DNA of 64,000 bases from Camelus ferus. Taxonomy: Eukaryota. Positions 1 to 13,477 of this stretch are shown in pieces (within the stretch, counting starts at the first letter, position 1; each line of letters starts with the position of its first letter). The DNA lies in the NCBI RefSeq assembly GCF_009834535.1, contig NC_045697.1, positions 62,064,001 to 62,128,000 on the forward strand, given 5' to 3'. The position numbers were made by a program, and so were the translations under genes. The notes beneath the pieces are model-generated. The model did no database searches. It was not told the DNA's origin and saw only the letters and a list, made by a program, of their open reading frames with translations.

Positions 1-165
1 CTTATTTTACTTAATCCTAACAATCACCCAGGATTATCATTTCCATTGAACAGATGATGAAACTAGCTCAGGATAGTATTATAGCATACCCAAGAACTTA
101 CAGTTAGGGAGGATGTGTTGGAACACAGAGGGAAATCCAAGTCTCCAGGCTCTGAAGCCCAGGAA
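1..165 (-). mobile_element. MIR SINE fragment
   Basis: ttaatcctaacaat...cagatgatgaaactagctcag...ccaagaacttacag matches the reverse complement of the MIR core. Confidence 0.75.
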
Positions 166-184
166 GTTCCTTCCCCCACACTAA

Positions 185-592
185 TGTCTTAGTTCAAGAA
201 CAGATTCTGAGTTTGAGATGTGTGTGCAAGAGATTATTATAGGGAGCTCTCAGTCTCAACATTTATGTAGGTGAGAAGGAAGTATGACTGGGAAGCTGAA
301 CCCAAAATCCCATTTAGGTCTCTGGAGCTGATGGCCTTGGGGAGTTGTCCTGCCTTAAGGCAAGGAGTCCAGGCCTCCATATCCCACTCTCCCCATAGAC
401 ACACCCTTAGATTCTGGCTTTCCCAAGGAAAGGGTATGTATGACCTAGGTGAAATGGCTCTCTCCTGCTGAGGGCAATGGCAAAGAAGAACTCAGTCAAG
501 AGTCATCAACTGCCAACACTCCCAGGAGCTGAGGGAATGGGTGCCTCAGTTCCACAAGGAGATCTAGGCAGGGTCCTAGACCATCCACCACA
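185..592 (-). mobile_element. Old ERVL LTR (LTR33/LTR16-like)
   Basis: Starts tgtcttagttc...ctgag...tgcaagag, ends ggagatctaggcagg...catccaccaca; TG...CA ends typical of this group in reverse. Confidence 0.65.
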
Positions 593-679
593 TCTGAGAA
601 CACAAATCCCCCATGCTTTCCATCCCCAGCTATACTGACAAAGCTGAATCCCCTGCACTTAGAAAAAACTGTTGCCTAT

Positions 680-860
680 TTCAGATCCACCACTTACACT
701 GTGTGATTTCTGAATCAGTAACTTAATCTCTCAGTGCTTTAGTTTCCTCATCTGAAAAATGGAAACAAGAATCATAACATAGGATTTTTCAGAATTATAT
801 AGTTCCTGGCACCTAAACACCTGAAAAGTGTTTTTACTGCTAAAGCTATTGTTACTTTTG
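680..860 (+). mobile_element. MIR SINE
   Basis: ccacttacactgtgtga...acttaatctctc...agtttcctcatctgaaaaatgg core. Confidence 0.85.
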
Positions 861-1889
861 CTTTGCTCCCTTGTTAACCAGCCTCTTCCATGTATAAATA
901 GTGCTTTGCCATTAGATACCAACACATACAGATTATGGAAATGCCAAAATCTCAGTTCAGGATTTTGGCCCAATGTTTATTTCAGTCCTACAACTGCTGC
1001 TGCCACTTCACTTCACTCACTACCACTGAGAGTGTGATTCATTTAGGGAAGCTTCAAGAGACTTCTTTATGAATACTTGAAGCACTCCTGGGCTCACTCC
1101 AGGACAGGAGTTTAAATAATCCATGAGAGCTGTGCCCGCAATTGACAAAGAGAAGGCAAAATGCACAAGAGTAGCTATTCCTTACATGCCTTTACACAAT
1201 CTTTGATAACACAGGAAGCCAGCATGGAATTCAGTAATACTAAAAAATAAATAAGTAAATTTTAAATGCCCCAAAGAAAGCAAGACAAATATTTAAAAAA
1301 ATAGTTATGCCCAAAAGCAATATGAAGGTGATAGCTACCAGGTGACAAAAATAAAAGAGGCATAACATTTTTTAGCCAGGTTTGGAAATTGTCCCTTCAA
1401 GAACCAGACCATTTTCATGTTCAAGAGGATACACTAAACAGAGTGGTTTTCTCCACATAGAAGCCTTGAAGATTTTTTTATGCTCCTGACAAAATGAATG
1501 TTGGATGGCGCTTGATGTTCTTAAATAATGAAGATGTTAGCTATTTCTCTAATGCTGTTAGAAAGCATTGCATTACATAGATAAAAGTTGTGTAACTACA
1601 CTGGGTCAGTACAAAAGATGGTATATTGTTGGAATGACAGCTGTACCCTTAAAATGCATTCTATTGGCATAAAGATAAAAACGAATTTGTCTCAGAAGGC
1701 CAGCATGCTGCATAAGCCAGAATGCTCAATCGTGTAACCCATTTGGGCTTTCATAATTCTGTTATTGCTTAAAGACATGAAGCCATTGCCTGCTCTTTCA
1801 ACACAACCGTCTACTGTCCAATCAAATGGACTATTCAGTTTTACTCCCAAAGCCCATGTTTCCCCATCTCTGAGCCATAGCTTATGCAC

Positions 1890-2245
1890 CTCCCTCTACC
1901 CAGCACTTCCTTCCCTCCATTTTTATCAGGCAAACTCCTCTCCATCCTTTAATGTCCATCTCAAATGTCATCTTTCAATGAAAGCTTTTTTGGGCCCACC
2001 CCCTCCAAACTAGACACGATCAGTCCATGTAAATTTCAATAATACCTGGTCTGAGTCTTTCTTGTGAAAATACTTTATATCCTGCCTTGTCTTTGCTTAT
2101 TTTACTTATCAACATTTATTTTTCTTCTATCTTGTAAGCATTTTAAGTATATGACTATGTCTTAATCTTCTTTGCACCCTCTGCAATATCTAGCACTATG
2201 CTTTGTATTTGAAAATGCTTAATACATGTGGCTGAATTGATCAAT
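1890..2245 (+). mobile_element. L2 LINE 3' end
   Basis: caaactcctctccatccttt...ctcaaatgtcatc...tgtaagc...tctagcac...cttaatacatgtggctgaattga. Confidence 0.75.
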
Positions 2246-3987
2246 AACACTTGCCCTTTGACAGTTTGGGACTCGCTATTCATCCTTTTATTATCCCTGC
2301 ACTTCCTCTCTCACCCCTGCTCATAGGAGTCAGCACAAAGTGACCTCGGCTATACCTTGAAAATATTAGAAAATCAGAGGTTAGAAATGTGACACTCTGT
2401 TTGTAAAAGATTGCTGCCTCTCTGTCTCTCTAGGAGTTATGGGATTCTAGATCTCAAAAGCCTTTTATATAATATCTAAGTCTGGGGTTAAGCAAACTGC
2501 CCATTGTCACATATAGGGCGGACCTTGGACTAAAATCTAACATGAGGATGAGATCTTTCGTTGTTTAATGCTGTTGTCATAGACGTGGTTAGAGTTTTTC
2601 TCTTTTGGGGTCTTAAGGTGATTTATTCTCGAAATGTGATTTTTAAAGTATGAGCCTAAGAATATTTATTTACCAAAACAACAATATTTATAAGAAACCT
2701 TGAATTTACTTATACAACCAGCATGCACTATCCTGACCCAAATGATGAGTATATCAGATTTTAATACATACAAGCTATACTTGCCTGTGATAATAACACT
2801 CCCGGTTCTATTGGTACTATCAAGAACATTCAAAGAAAAATGAAGATCAAGTAGAAACATTTTGCAGATTTTATTCTCAGTAGAACTCAACCACAAACAA
2901 AAGTTGTAAATGAATAATGTTTCAAATGAAGTGAAAATAATGAATCAATAACATGACTAGAAAATTCTGGGCAATGGATCAGAGTTTTGAAAAATCTCCA
3001 CAGAAGATTTTCTTCCAGGGAGCAATCGCAGCATCTAAATGCATTTATTGTTGTCTCACTGTGATGTCTATGAAGCTGAAACTAAGAAAGGCCCTTCCTG
3101 CTCACTTCCATTTTTCAAGTGGTTTGCTGTAACCTCATATTCTCTTGTTGAAGCACAACCTAAAATCTGTCTTCATCAAACTAAATTAAGAGATTTTTAT
3201 ACCCTATGATTTGTTGATTTTATAGCTTCCTTATACCCAAAAGTTAAGATGACCTTTTGCCCCAAGGCTGTTTTCACAAAGGTATTTATCAAGTTTCAGT
3301 TTCTTTATGATACCTATATGTGCGTGTTATTCTTCTTACGGTGATTATCACATAGGTGAGCATGACATAGTCCTACACAACACTTCTCCCATGTCCTGAG
3401 GTTCAATACCAAACTCCTGGTGATTGAAGCTATTGAACACAAACTCCCACGGCATATACAACCAAAGAGAAACAACTACTTGTGCTGTTATGTGGTAAAT
3501 TCAGAGCCTTGAACACAAAAAATCAAGGAAACTTCTATAAACGTAGATTTATCTTTTCAGATTTCTGCAGGTAATGAGAGCTCATATCTAAGATTTGCTG
3601 CATAATAAAGTACCTTCAGTCAGCCTATCGATCAGCCTGGACAGGTCTTTAGAGGAAAGTCCATGCAAGGTAGAATGCCAAAGGTTTATATAAAATAGAA
3701 TGTAGATTATAAGGAAAATCCTCTTAGTTTTAGAGTCAATGAAATCTGACCATGAAATAATATGATCGACTTCTAACAGCATGACCAGATATAAATTCTG
3801 ATTGAAACAGGTACTGTCCTTTCAAAATGATCATCTTGGGAAACTATACATATTCCAACCATACTGCTTTGGTCCCCAAAATGTCATCTTAAAAATTGGT
3901 TTCAGGGGTACTTTCTGTCAAGATTTTCACTCTTTTTTTTTTTAAGATCTTCATCCTTTTAAGTTGGGTTGATTTTTGGAAACAATC

Positions 3988-4536
3988 TGCCCAGGCAGAC
4001 TCTAGGGTGTCCCCATGACCTCTGACTCCTAGTACTCATGCTCTTGTGTGATCCCCTCCCCTCAAGTGTGGGCAGAGTCTGTGACTTGTTCCTAGCAATA
4101 GAATACAGCAAACATAGTGGGATATACATAACTACATGTACACAATTATATTACCTAAGATTGTAACCTGTCTTGCTAGCACCACATTTTCCCTTGCTGG
4201 CTTTAAGGAAGCAAGTCATCACATTGAGAAAGTCCGTATTACAAGGAGCTGAAGGTAGCCTAGAGCTGACAGACAACCAGAAATTAAAGCCCTGGGTCAA
4301 CAGCCTGGAAGGAACTGAATGCTGCCAATCACCACGTGAGCTTCGAAGTAAACCCTTTCCAGTCAAGCATTCAGATGAGATCCCAGCCCTGGCTAATAGT
4401 TTGCAACATTACAGAGGACCCAACTTAGCCATGCCCACACTCCTGACCCACAGAAACTGAGATAATAAATGTGTGTTGTTTTAAGCTGCCAAGACTGTGG
4501 TAATATTATTACACAGCAATAGATAACTAATATACA
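3988..4536 (+). mobile_element. MaLR LTR (MLT1E/MLT1F-like)
   Basis: tgtgatcccctcccctcaagtgtggg start motif; end aataaatgtgtgttgttttaagc...cagcaatagataactaatataca. Confidence 0.85.
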
Positions 4537-4711
4537 AACTGAGCCAAGGCTAGTCAACATAACATGTATTTTTTTTATCCAAGCAATCATTCTCAAATCT
4601 TGTCCTCCATCTTTTCCTTACCTTGCTTTCCTACCTATTCATTCCTAACAAAATCAAGAATTCCCTTGAAAAGGAAAAATTTTCAAGTCTATGTAATTCT
4701 TCAAGGTCAGA

Positions 4712-5145
4712 ATAACAGCCTCTAGCATTTATAGGACATTTACTACATGTCAGGCACTGTGCTAAGCACTGTGCGTATATTATTTTATTAGTCCACACTA
4801 CCCTATAAGGTAGAAATTCTTACATTGCCACTTTAAAAGTGAGGCAATGGAGTAAAATAATTTTCCCAAGGTCAAAAAGCTAGTAAACAGTAGAGCTGAA
4901 AATCTAACTCAAACAATCAACTTCTAACTACACAATCAATATCTTTCCTGTAAAGGATGCCTGCAGGCATTATTTAATGCAAACAAAGTCCCCACGAGAT
5001 AGCTATTCTAGTGACCAGTTTATTAACAGATGAAGAAACTAGGCTCTGAGAGTTTTACAAATAGTCATTTAATTTGTTAATGGTCAAGTGGAGACTCAAA
5101 GAACTCAAGTTTTGCTGATGCCCTAAACCAGTGCTTTTTCTACCA
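4712..5145 (-). mobile_element. Two MIR fragments
   Basis: caggcactgtgctaagcac...cccaaggtca and acagatgaagaaactaggctctgagag. Confidence 0.75.
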
Positions 5146-5485
5146 TGAAGATACCAGTTAGTTCTTGGTCTGCAGTCCTGAGGCTGACTGTATTATAAGC
5201 AGGTCTAGTAATGTGAGTGTAGCAATAACCAAAAGAGAAGCTCTGAAACTGTTTTGAATGAAGGTACCATCATTGAGACATTCAATGTGAACACATTCAA
5301 GGGTTCCATTTTGAAAGATAACACCCATCTCCAAGCCATAGTTCTATGATCATAAAATTATAATCATATTACTTTATAGTCACATCTCATAAGCAGACAG
5401 AAAACTACAATATTGACTATAAGGTACATAACTCCGTGAAACTCGATTTTCCTAAACTATAAAATGGCAGGGGTTAGAAAAAAAT

Positions 5486-5812
5486 CAGTATTTCTCAAAG
5501 TGTGTTCCTGGGGACACTAACCCCCCTAGACATTAAGAAGTATTCAGGGAAAAAAATTATGTAGTTTCATGGGGGCAAGGCAGCAGGAGTGGTGTGGGTT
5601 GTGGTTTGCATGGTCAATAAGTTCATGCTGTTTACTGCCCTCTGGGATGCTCAAAGTCCACATGAGTACTTAGAGGCTCTGAGAAGTCCTGCACTAAAGA
5701 AATCTATGAACCTCTGCTGAACCCAGTGGCTTCAGAACTTTTTAACTACATAACCTTTTTTCCTAAGAACACTTATTAATGTCTGTTAGGACTCTCATTT
5801 TTACTTAGGAAA
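5486..5812. mobile_element. hAT-Charlie DNA transposon fragment
   Basis: Starts cagtatttctcaaagtgtgttcc; internal ctctgagaagtcctgcactaaagaaa motif; subfamily uncertain. Confidence 0.6.
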
Positions 5813-6519
5813 TTCTATGAATTTACCTCAAGGTTAATTTTCATTTCACAGGAGGCTAAAAATGAAGTTTGACCTATAAAGTGAGTTAGAAGTAGTTTGT
5901 TTAAATCATATAGAACTTAGGAGGCAATTGCAAATGTCCCCAAGAGCACACATTTTCTTCAGGCTTCCAATCCATCAATTTTAGCTGCCCATTATCTGCT
6001 CGTTCTTTTCAAGGTACTTGGAGTTGATGATTTTTGATGAATTTGAGAATGTAAAATAACATTTACAGATAATCCACCCATTTCCAGAGAATAACTTCTA
6101 GGTGGAACCATTTATTCTACCAACTTGCTTCAAGTAATCACACATTTGCCACCAAGGAAAAGAAAAAGGGCAAATACGTTACATTTCTATTATGTGAGTT
6201 GTCTGTGAAGTTTCCTCCATGCTACCTGATTTTATATAAAATAACCATGTTCAAAGGGTATACTAATCCTATTGACCTTTGCAAAACCATTTAGAAAGAT
6301 CTCACTTTTTAAATTTTAAAACATTAAAATATTTGGTGGAATTTCCTCAACCAAGTCATTTTTGTGGTCTGTAAAGTGAAGACAATAACTTGGAGGCTTA
6401 ATGATTCAGTTCATGTTCCCTTATCAAGTCAGCGCCCACACAGTCAAGTGATTAGTATTAGATATAACAAAGATGCCTTCAGGAAAACTGTGTGTGCTGC
6501 TTTATAGCCATTCTTTTGA

Positions 6520-6905
6520 GCTATGAGTCATCCTGGCTCCAGCTTAGACTTTAAGCAAATTGTTTACCTTTTCTTAGGCTTTGAGTTTTAAGCCTCTGTT
6601 TCCTCATCTATAAAATGGGCTTATAATAGTTCCTACACTGTAGAGTTATTGAGATGAGTAAATGAGATATAGCATGGGAAATATCACTCAGTCCATTTAT
6701 TCAAAAAAGCATTCATGTGCCTGAAAGTCTGCTTTTAGGGATGCTTATAATAAAACTTATGTGATGCCTCCTGTCATTTCAATTCTTATGAGGAAACAGA
6801 AAAGTTAAGAAATTTGCCCACAGTAACCAAGCTGATGTAAGTGGAAAACCATGGACTTCAACTTTTATCTATTTGACTCTTTGTTATTTCCACTGCACCA
6901 CACTG
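6520..6905. mobile_element. Two MIR fragments (+ then -)
   Basis: ctgtttcctcatctataaaatggg (+) followed by atgaggaaacagaaaagttaagaaatttgccc (-). Confidence 0.75.
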
Positions 6906-7164
6906 ATGCTTAACAAAATGTGTTGAGTGTCCCCCTCGCACATGTTTTCCAAGATGCTGATGCAGAAAAAAACAAAAAACAAAAACATTTAAGTCAAGCC
7001 TGATCCTTAGGTAAAGCTGTGAAGTAATAAGCAAAACTGATCTTTTCTATCCTTGCCGCCCACCTCCAGGGGACAGAGTCCTCACATCGCCCCTGAAAGC
7101 CCTTGGATTTTCTCACAATGTTTCACTAGGGCTACCTACCGAGACAGTGGCCCATCTTCTAGAT

Positions 7165-7379
7165 CAGTGCTACTTAATATATCAGTTGCTTGTTAGTAGA
7201 CAATGATGAAATAAGGAGTTTGCACTCAAATGTAAATTAATATGCTGCTTCCTCCAGTGACAAAGTCTTGATACCAAAAAAAAATCAGCCAACTTAATAA
7301 GGGTGCTTAGTGACCCTGCAAGCTACTCATCTCATGGTGGACCAAGAGCAGTCCCCAGACTACACTTTGAGTAGCAGTG
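7165..7379. mobile_element. hAT-Charlie non-autonomous element
   Basis: Terminal inverted repeats cagtgctact ... cactttgagtagcagtg. Confidence 0.65.
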
Positions 7380-7571
7380 TTCCAGAATATGCCCAGTCCC
7401 CTCGTATCTCTCTTTCCTCACAGAATGTAACTATTTATGCTCATTTCTCACAGGTTCTGCTCTCCTCAATAAGTAACCTGAAAAAGAAATTCACTTATAG
7501 GTACTGGTGTTGCTAACGGTTAATGTTTGGTGTCTCTAGATAAAATTTTTATCATTTAAAATGGGTCTATT

Positions 7572-7680
7572 ATAGCACAGGGAATTGTGTTCAATATCTT
7601 AATAGTGACTTTTAATGGAAAAGAATATGAAAACGAATATATGTATGTATATGCAAAAAATAAATAAAATAAAATAAAAT
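7572..7680 (+). mobile_element. Short L1 3'UTR fragment with (TAAAA)n tail
   Basis: atagcacagggaattgtgttcaatatc...gaatatatgtatg matches L1 3'UTR at 30570-30660; TSD aaaat(g/a)ggtctatt at 7558-7571 and 7681-7694. Confidence 0.85.
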
Positions 7681-8039
7681 AAAATAGGTCTATTTTAGAT
7701 GTTCCCTAACCCAGAGAATCATTGATAGTGGGGATTTTAGGTACCATGCACGGGTGTGAGAAATATGTATTAGGGAGACAGATGAGAATTTAGGTGCTAC
7801 ATAAATCACATCAAACTGACCCACAAGTGTGTGTGCATGTGCACACACGTGTGACCTGTGGTGAGGCACAGGTAAGGCACAGGAGTGACATGTTGTTATG
7901 ATGTGAGAGTCAAGGAGAAAAGCTGCTTACTCTTTAGTCAAAAGATTCCCTCTGAGTTTCCAGGGACAGGTAAGATGAGTCTAAACCTTGCTTCTCTATC
8001 AGAGAGAGATGTGTTTTCTCTCTCCTTTTCCCTACTATT

Positions 8040-8240
8040 GGTACTAAGGGACGCTATGCATCCAGTGTACCAAGAAGAGTATCTGGCACATAGCAGGTAC
8101 TCAATAAGATTACTAGTCCTCCAGACAACATACACTTAGTACTTATTTTGCACCAGGCACTGTTCATACAACAAGGAATGAAGCAGATAAAGACCCTGGT
8201 CTTCATGTTGCTCACATTCCAGTGGGAGAGACATTAAATA
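8040..8240. mobile_element. L2 3' fragments (+ and -)
   Basis: tctggcacatagcaggtactcaataa and agtacttattttgcaccaggcactgt...ctcacattccagtgggagagac. Confidence 0.7.
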
Positions 8241-8549
8241 GAGGAGGGGAGAAAGTAAGGAGGAGCCTTTAAGAAGTTTGAGTTGGAAGCAAAAGGAGGG
8301 AAAAGTAGACTAAATGTATATAGCCTACATTGTGTTTTTCCTCTTGATCATATCCAAATGTTACGGTATAATTCCATGACAGGGCTGCGTTTGAGTATTT
8401 AAATAGTTCCAAGAGGCAGCTGGACTGTATTTAAGGAAAAATTTTCTCACTGGGATAGATTACCATGGGAAGATACAAATTCCATTCTTGGAGTTTTTAA
8501 GACAAAATAACCCTCAAAGTGGGTGATTTACATCCAACCTTTCCTAGGA

Positions 8550-8712
8550 ACCATGAGTAGAAGAACACTGGACAGGAAATCTGTTGTGCCATTTATAAGC
8601 TGAGTGAACTTGATCAAGTCACCCTACCTCTGTAAGCCTCAGTGTCCCTCATCTGTGGAAAGAGAAAGGAGTATCTGATGGCCTCGGGGTTACCTTCCAA
8701 TCTTGTGATTTC
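8550..8712 (+). mobile_element. MIR/MIR3 fragment
   Basis: caagtcaccctacctctgtaagcctcagtgtccctcatctgt. Confidence 0.7.
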
Positions 8713-9159
8713 AGTGACACTAAAATCTTTTAGTCTCTTCAAGTCCTCATTACTAGGTTTTCACTGGGAAAACAGAGTACATCACTTCTGAAAATACAGT
8801 GTTACCTTCAAGATTAAAAAAAAAGGACTACAATTGTAAAGAATCTGAGAGCGAGAGACAGAAAGAAAGAACCCACAATAAGGTTGGCATGTCTGCATAT
8901 AGACAGAAAGCTTTCAATACAGTTCTTATTGTCATGTGGTACATCTCCCTCACTGTCATCATACCGGTAAACCATCCTTTATACAGTCTATACTGCTGAA
9001 AAGCAGCATGTAAACCCAATTTTGGTCATTTAAAGCACACAGCAAGTGCACTAGAGAAATTACTATTAAAGGGAATCTTTTAATTTTTTTGTGATGCAAA
9101 AACACAGCTGTATTTCTTTTTTTGTGATAATCTGAGTTTATATAAATTAATGCTTAAAA

Positions 9160-9410
9160 TTATAGCCAATATTTACCAAGGACCCACTCTGTGTCAGGCT
9201 TTATGTCAAAAGGTATACATAGAGTACTGCATGTAATACTAATAACATTTTTTTAAAATTAGTGCTGTGATTATCATGATTTTACATATGGGGAAAGTGC
9301 AGCTCAGAATGGCCAAGCGATCAATCCAAAGTCACACTGGAAAAAGAACTAAAAGGCAAACCTACATGTATGAGATCCAAGAGCCCAAGTTCTTAACCAC
9401 TACTCTGTAG
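9160..9410 (-). mobile_element. MIR SINE
   Basis: ttttacatatggggaaagtgcagctcaga...ccaaagtcacac...ttcttaaccactac. Confidence 0.75.
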
Positions 9411-10123
9411 TACCCATGAAAATTGAGGCAAAGATCTGCCTTGGATGCATGTGGAATCTGAGGGCTCACTTTGTCCCGTGGCTTCTACTTTCTTAGCCCC
9501 AAAGTCCTTACAGCCATTTCTTAGCTACTAAACCTTGTTTCCACACCTGACAAATAACAAAGAGTTTCCAGGCATAGATGCTGCTCTCAGAAGCCCAGGT
9601 CTGTAAGCAGAGATAAACCATGGAAGCCTCAGAGTAAAGTAGCCAGCCCAAGAGAAGGCTCAAACCCATGTTATCTGGGGACAGCTGGAAAAAGTGGGCA
9701 GGTTTGGACTGGAGAGGAGAAAACTCAGGGAAACGTGCTATTAACATAGTCTTTTCACAGTTCAGTGGTCTCATCTGAAAAATGGTCTCACTTCAGTCAG
9801 AAGCAGTAGACTCTTGGTACATTCAGCAATACAGATACAGCTTTAAAATACAGGAAGAAACAAAATATGATCTGTAGCACAATGCCATCTATTTAAATTA
9901 AAAATCTATAATAAAAGAATAATGCCTGATTTACAAGAACTCATATAAAGAGGAGATGCATCACACATATTAGAATGTTTGCCTATGGGAGCAAAGGTGA
10001 GTGTCAAAGGGAAGATTTCTCCTATTTTAGTCTAGTCTAAATATATGAAAGAGGATGACAGGTGTTAAGTAAGTACCAGGGGATAATGCTAGGATTGGCA
10101 GGGGAAACTCTGAAAGAGCACCA

Positions 10124-10790
10124 TTCAAAATATATCCAGAACCCAAACACTTCTCTTCTTAAGCCCACCCTTTTCTCTGCACAATCTATTTGCAGAGCAA
10201 ATGTCTTAAAACATAAGATATGATCATACGAGTCCCTAGATCAACCCCCTCCAAAAACTCCCCATTATATTTAGAGTAAAATCTAGTGCCCTTATAATGG
10301 CCCACAAGGCCACACATGCTGACTCCCATTCCCTTTCTAATCTCATATTCCACCACTCTCCCCTCTGTATTCCCCGCTTCAACCACACTGGTCTCTTGCT
10401 CACCATGAACACATTAAGCACACTTCTACTTCAGGTCTTTGTACTTACTGTTTCTACTGCCTGGAATGTTCTTCCCTCAGATACTCACAGGGCTCATTCA
10501 GAACGTCACTTGAAAGTCACTTGTCAGTGAAGTCTTTCCTTACCACCCTAGTTAAAATTGCAAGTGCCCACCTCGGCACTCTCTTTCTTCCTTTCTTATT
10601 TATCTCCTATCATGCTCTTCATTTTACGTGCTTGATTTGCTCTTACCCTCCCATTTGCTCTTACCCTCCTGAAGAAAGCAAACTTCAAGAGCACAGGGAT
10701 TTCTGTCTGTTTTGTTCACTACTCTCAGGACTTAAACAGTATCTATTATCTGGAACATGGTGTGCACTCAGTAAATATATTTGAATTGAT
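10124..10790 (+). mobile_element. L2a LINE 3' region
   Basis: ttcaaaatatatccagaa...ccacactggtctcttgc...gcctggaatgttcttccc...cactcagtaaatatatttgaattga. Confidence 0.9.
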
Positions 10791-10818
10791 TTTTGTTCAA
10801 TATAAAAAACTTCCTATA

Positions 10819-11400
10819 TCAGAGAAAGCTCTAATTCCAAAATTGACATGCATCCCTAATAGAAGCACTATTTAGAACAGCCAAGACATGGAAGCAATCT
10901 AAATTTCCATTGATAGATGAATGGATAAGGAAAATGTATTACATACAAAATGGAATATTACCTAGCCACAAAAAAGAATGAAATAATGCCATTTGCAGCA
11001 ACATGGATGGCCTAGAGATTATCATACTAAGTGAACTAAGTCAAAGACAGAAAGACAAATATCATATGATGTCACTTACATGTAGAATCTAAAATACAAT
11101 ACAAATGAACTTGTTTACACAACAGAAATACACTCACAGACATATAAAACAAACCTATGGTTACCAAAGAGGAAAGGGGGGAAGGATAAATTAGGAGTCT
11201 GCGATTAGCAGACACAAACTACTATATATAAACCAGATAAACAACAAGGTCCTACTGTATAGCACAGGGTATTATATTCAATATCTTGCAATAAACTGTA
11301 ATGGAAAAGAATATATATGTATAGCTGAATCATTTTGCTGTATACCAGAAACTAACACAACATTATAAATTAACTATACTTCAATCAAAAAAATTTAAAA
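10819..11400 (+). mobile_element. L1 LINE 3' end, 5'-truncated (artiodactyl-type)
   Basis: gccatttgcagcaacatggatgg...ctgtatagcacaggg...aactatacttcaat plus A-tail; diverged TSD aaaaac(t/g)...cta. Confidence 0.92.
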
Positions 11401-11429
11401 ACTGCCTACAGATCTTTTCATATATGAAG

Positions 11430-11598
11430 TGAAGTACCCCTGGAGGTAATGAGCTGCCTACCCTTGGAAGTATTCCAGCAGAGGCTGAGTGACATTTCGG
11501 TAGAGACATCAAAGAAGAGGTTCAAGCACTGGGTATGTGATTGGACTAGATAGTAATACAAGCTCCTGCCAATCCTGAAATACACAGTTCTGTGATTC
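11430..11598 (+). mobile_element. L3/CR1 LINE 3' end
   Basis: gaggtaatgagctgcc...ggaagtattccagcagaggctg...ttggactagat...ttctgtgattc. Confidence 0.75.
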
Positions 11599-13477
11599 AC
11601 CACAAAGTTGCTTAAGAAACCAGGGTTATATCTTCAATCCCATATGCCTAGTGAATTAAGCAACAGTAGTTTGGGTGTTTTGTTTTGTTTCATTTTTAAT
11701 GCAAATCTTTTAGACCCTATGAGTCTATTTTATAACATTTTCTCCTGAATACAAAAAAGCAGCATACATCTAACTGCAAATGGGAAATTTCAGGACAAGC
11801 TAGTGTTATCAAATAACTGTATTAAATTCATCACCTTCACGTAATTTAAATTCTTCCCTTTTGTTCCCCTTGTGTATATTTTTGCATTAAAAAGTCTGCT
11901 TAAAATTAGTTCAATTCTTCCCTTTGGGGTAGATTTTAAAACAAAAACATGGGAGGATTAAAAAGAGGAAGAAATGACTGATAGTTGAATTTTTTCTATA
12001 GAGTCTCTTGATTTATGTATGATAAGAAGGTTGAAAGCATGTGTAGAAAGACCAAAAAACAGAGAATGCATGTTCTAGGGTCCAAACAAATTAGTGATGT
12101 CACTGTCCTCCAGGGAAGAAAATAGTTTGATTATATTTTTCACAAAGATAAGAAAATTGCAGGATCCAAGAGACAGAGATTCATGCTTTAGATTCTATTA
12201 TTAAGTGTGGGCTAAAGTAAGATCCTGATATTTCCTGCACCAACTCTACCCTCTGCTAGAAGATGTAATTCTTCAGTTGTGTGAACAGTCCAAGAGTCCT
12301 ACAGGTAACTGAATGATGGCAACAAGAGTGGTCCTCTGCTCCATAAGGAGGAAATTCTGAAGGTGACCTGGAAATTCTTCAGGGCACAGGAGGTGTTTCA
12401 TCCCTGTTTATGGCTTTCCTTGGCAGAGAGATTGGGGACCCATGGGGATATCCAATTACAACATTTTATTTCATCCTAGATGGAGGAACAGATCTGTCCC
12501 ACTCCTTTTATAGAAATTCATCATTTCCAAACAAAAAATTTTGAGGTAATACACATTCTCCCTGTTGCCACTATGTAGTCTATTTTGGGAAGGAGCCAGT
12601 AGATGTACCACAACTAAGAACAGGTGCCAATAATCACCACTGTTTGTTACTCCCTGTCAGTGCAGGGATACCTCAAGGGATTTTTTTAAGGGAATCTCCC
12701 AACACTGGGCTTAACAGTGGTCTATAGGGTCACTGCTCTTCCTGACATTTTCTCTTTCACATTCCCCACACCGACTCACACCCTGATAATGGAGCACCTC
12801 TTCACTCTACAGGACACATGCTTTACTATAGACATTGACACTCTAAAACAAAAATGGTTAACAGTCATTTAATAGTAGATTCTAAGCACTTTCTATATCC
12901 CTAGCATTGTCATCAGCACAGAGATGAAGAATAGGGGCTGGGAGGAATGAGGGAAGGCAGGCACAGTAAAGAGAGATCTCTTCGAACCTACATGGAGCTC
13001 ACAATCCATTGTGCAGACAAAACTATTACTATAAAATAAAATAATTAAAGAGTAGCATAATACAGTGCTTCATGCCGTGAAAACAATGAACAGATTTAGC
13101 ACAGGAGGATATTCTGTGTGGTTTAACTAGACTGGGCCTTGAATGACAGAAGAAAGAAAGAGAGAAGTTACTGGGGCCAGGCTCTCAATAAGTCTGGCCA
13201 AAATCAATTGGACAATGGTCCTGTCCCTTTGCTGGCCTCCATTCCACAGTGCAGCCATAGGATACAGTGGGAGCCACAAATAACCTCAGTGGGTATCAGG
13301 CCACAGGTTTTGGTCCCACTTTGATGTTCCCTCTTTGGATTGCTCAACATGTAGAATCCAATTCTCAGAAAACACAAAATTAGAATATTGTAGTCAAGTC
13401 AAAAAAATTCTTCCTCTTCTACTGAACCACATGGTTCTATGTATGTATTTGTGATTTGCTTTTTTCCAAAGGGAGAA

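Larger units (their letters stand above)
3738..5390. mobile_element. MARNA-like mariner fossil, fragmented by nested insertions
   Basis: tactgtcctttcaaaatgatcatcttgggaaactataca near the left end; right end attactttatagtcacatctcata resembles the MARNA TIR; degenerate left TIR at ~3738. Confidence 0.6.

Noticed and set aside
10635..10669. 17-bp tandem duplication atttgctcttaccctcc
   Set aside because: Ordinary slippage duplication inside an L2
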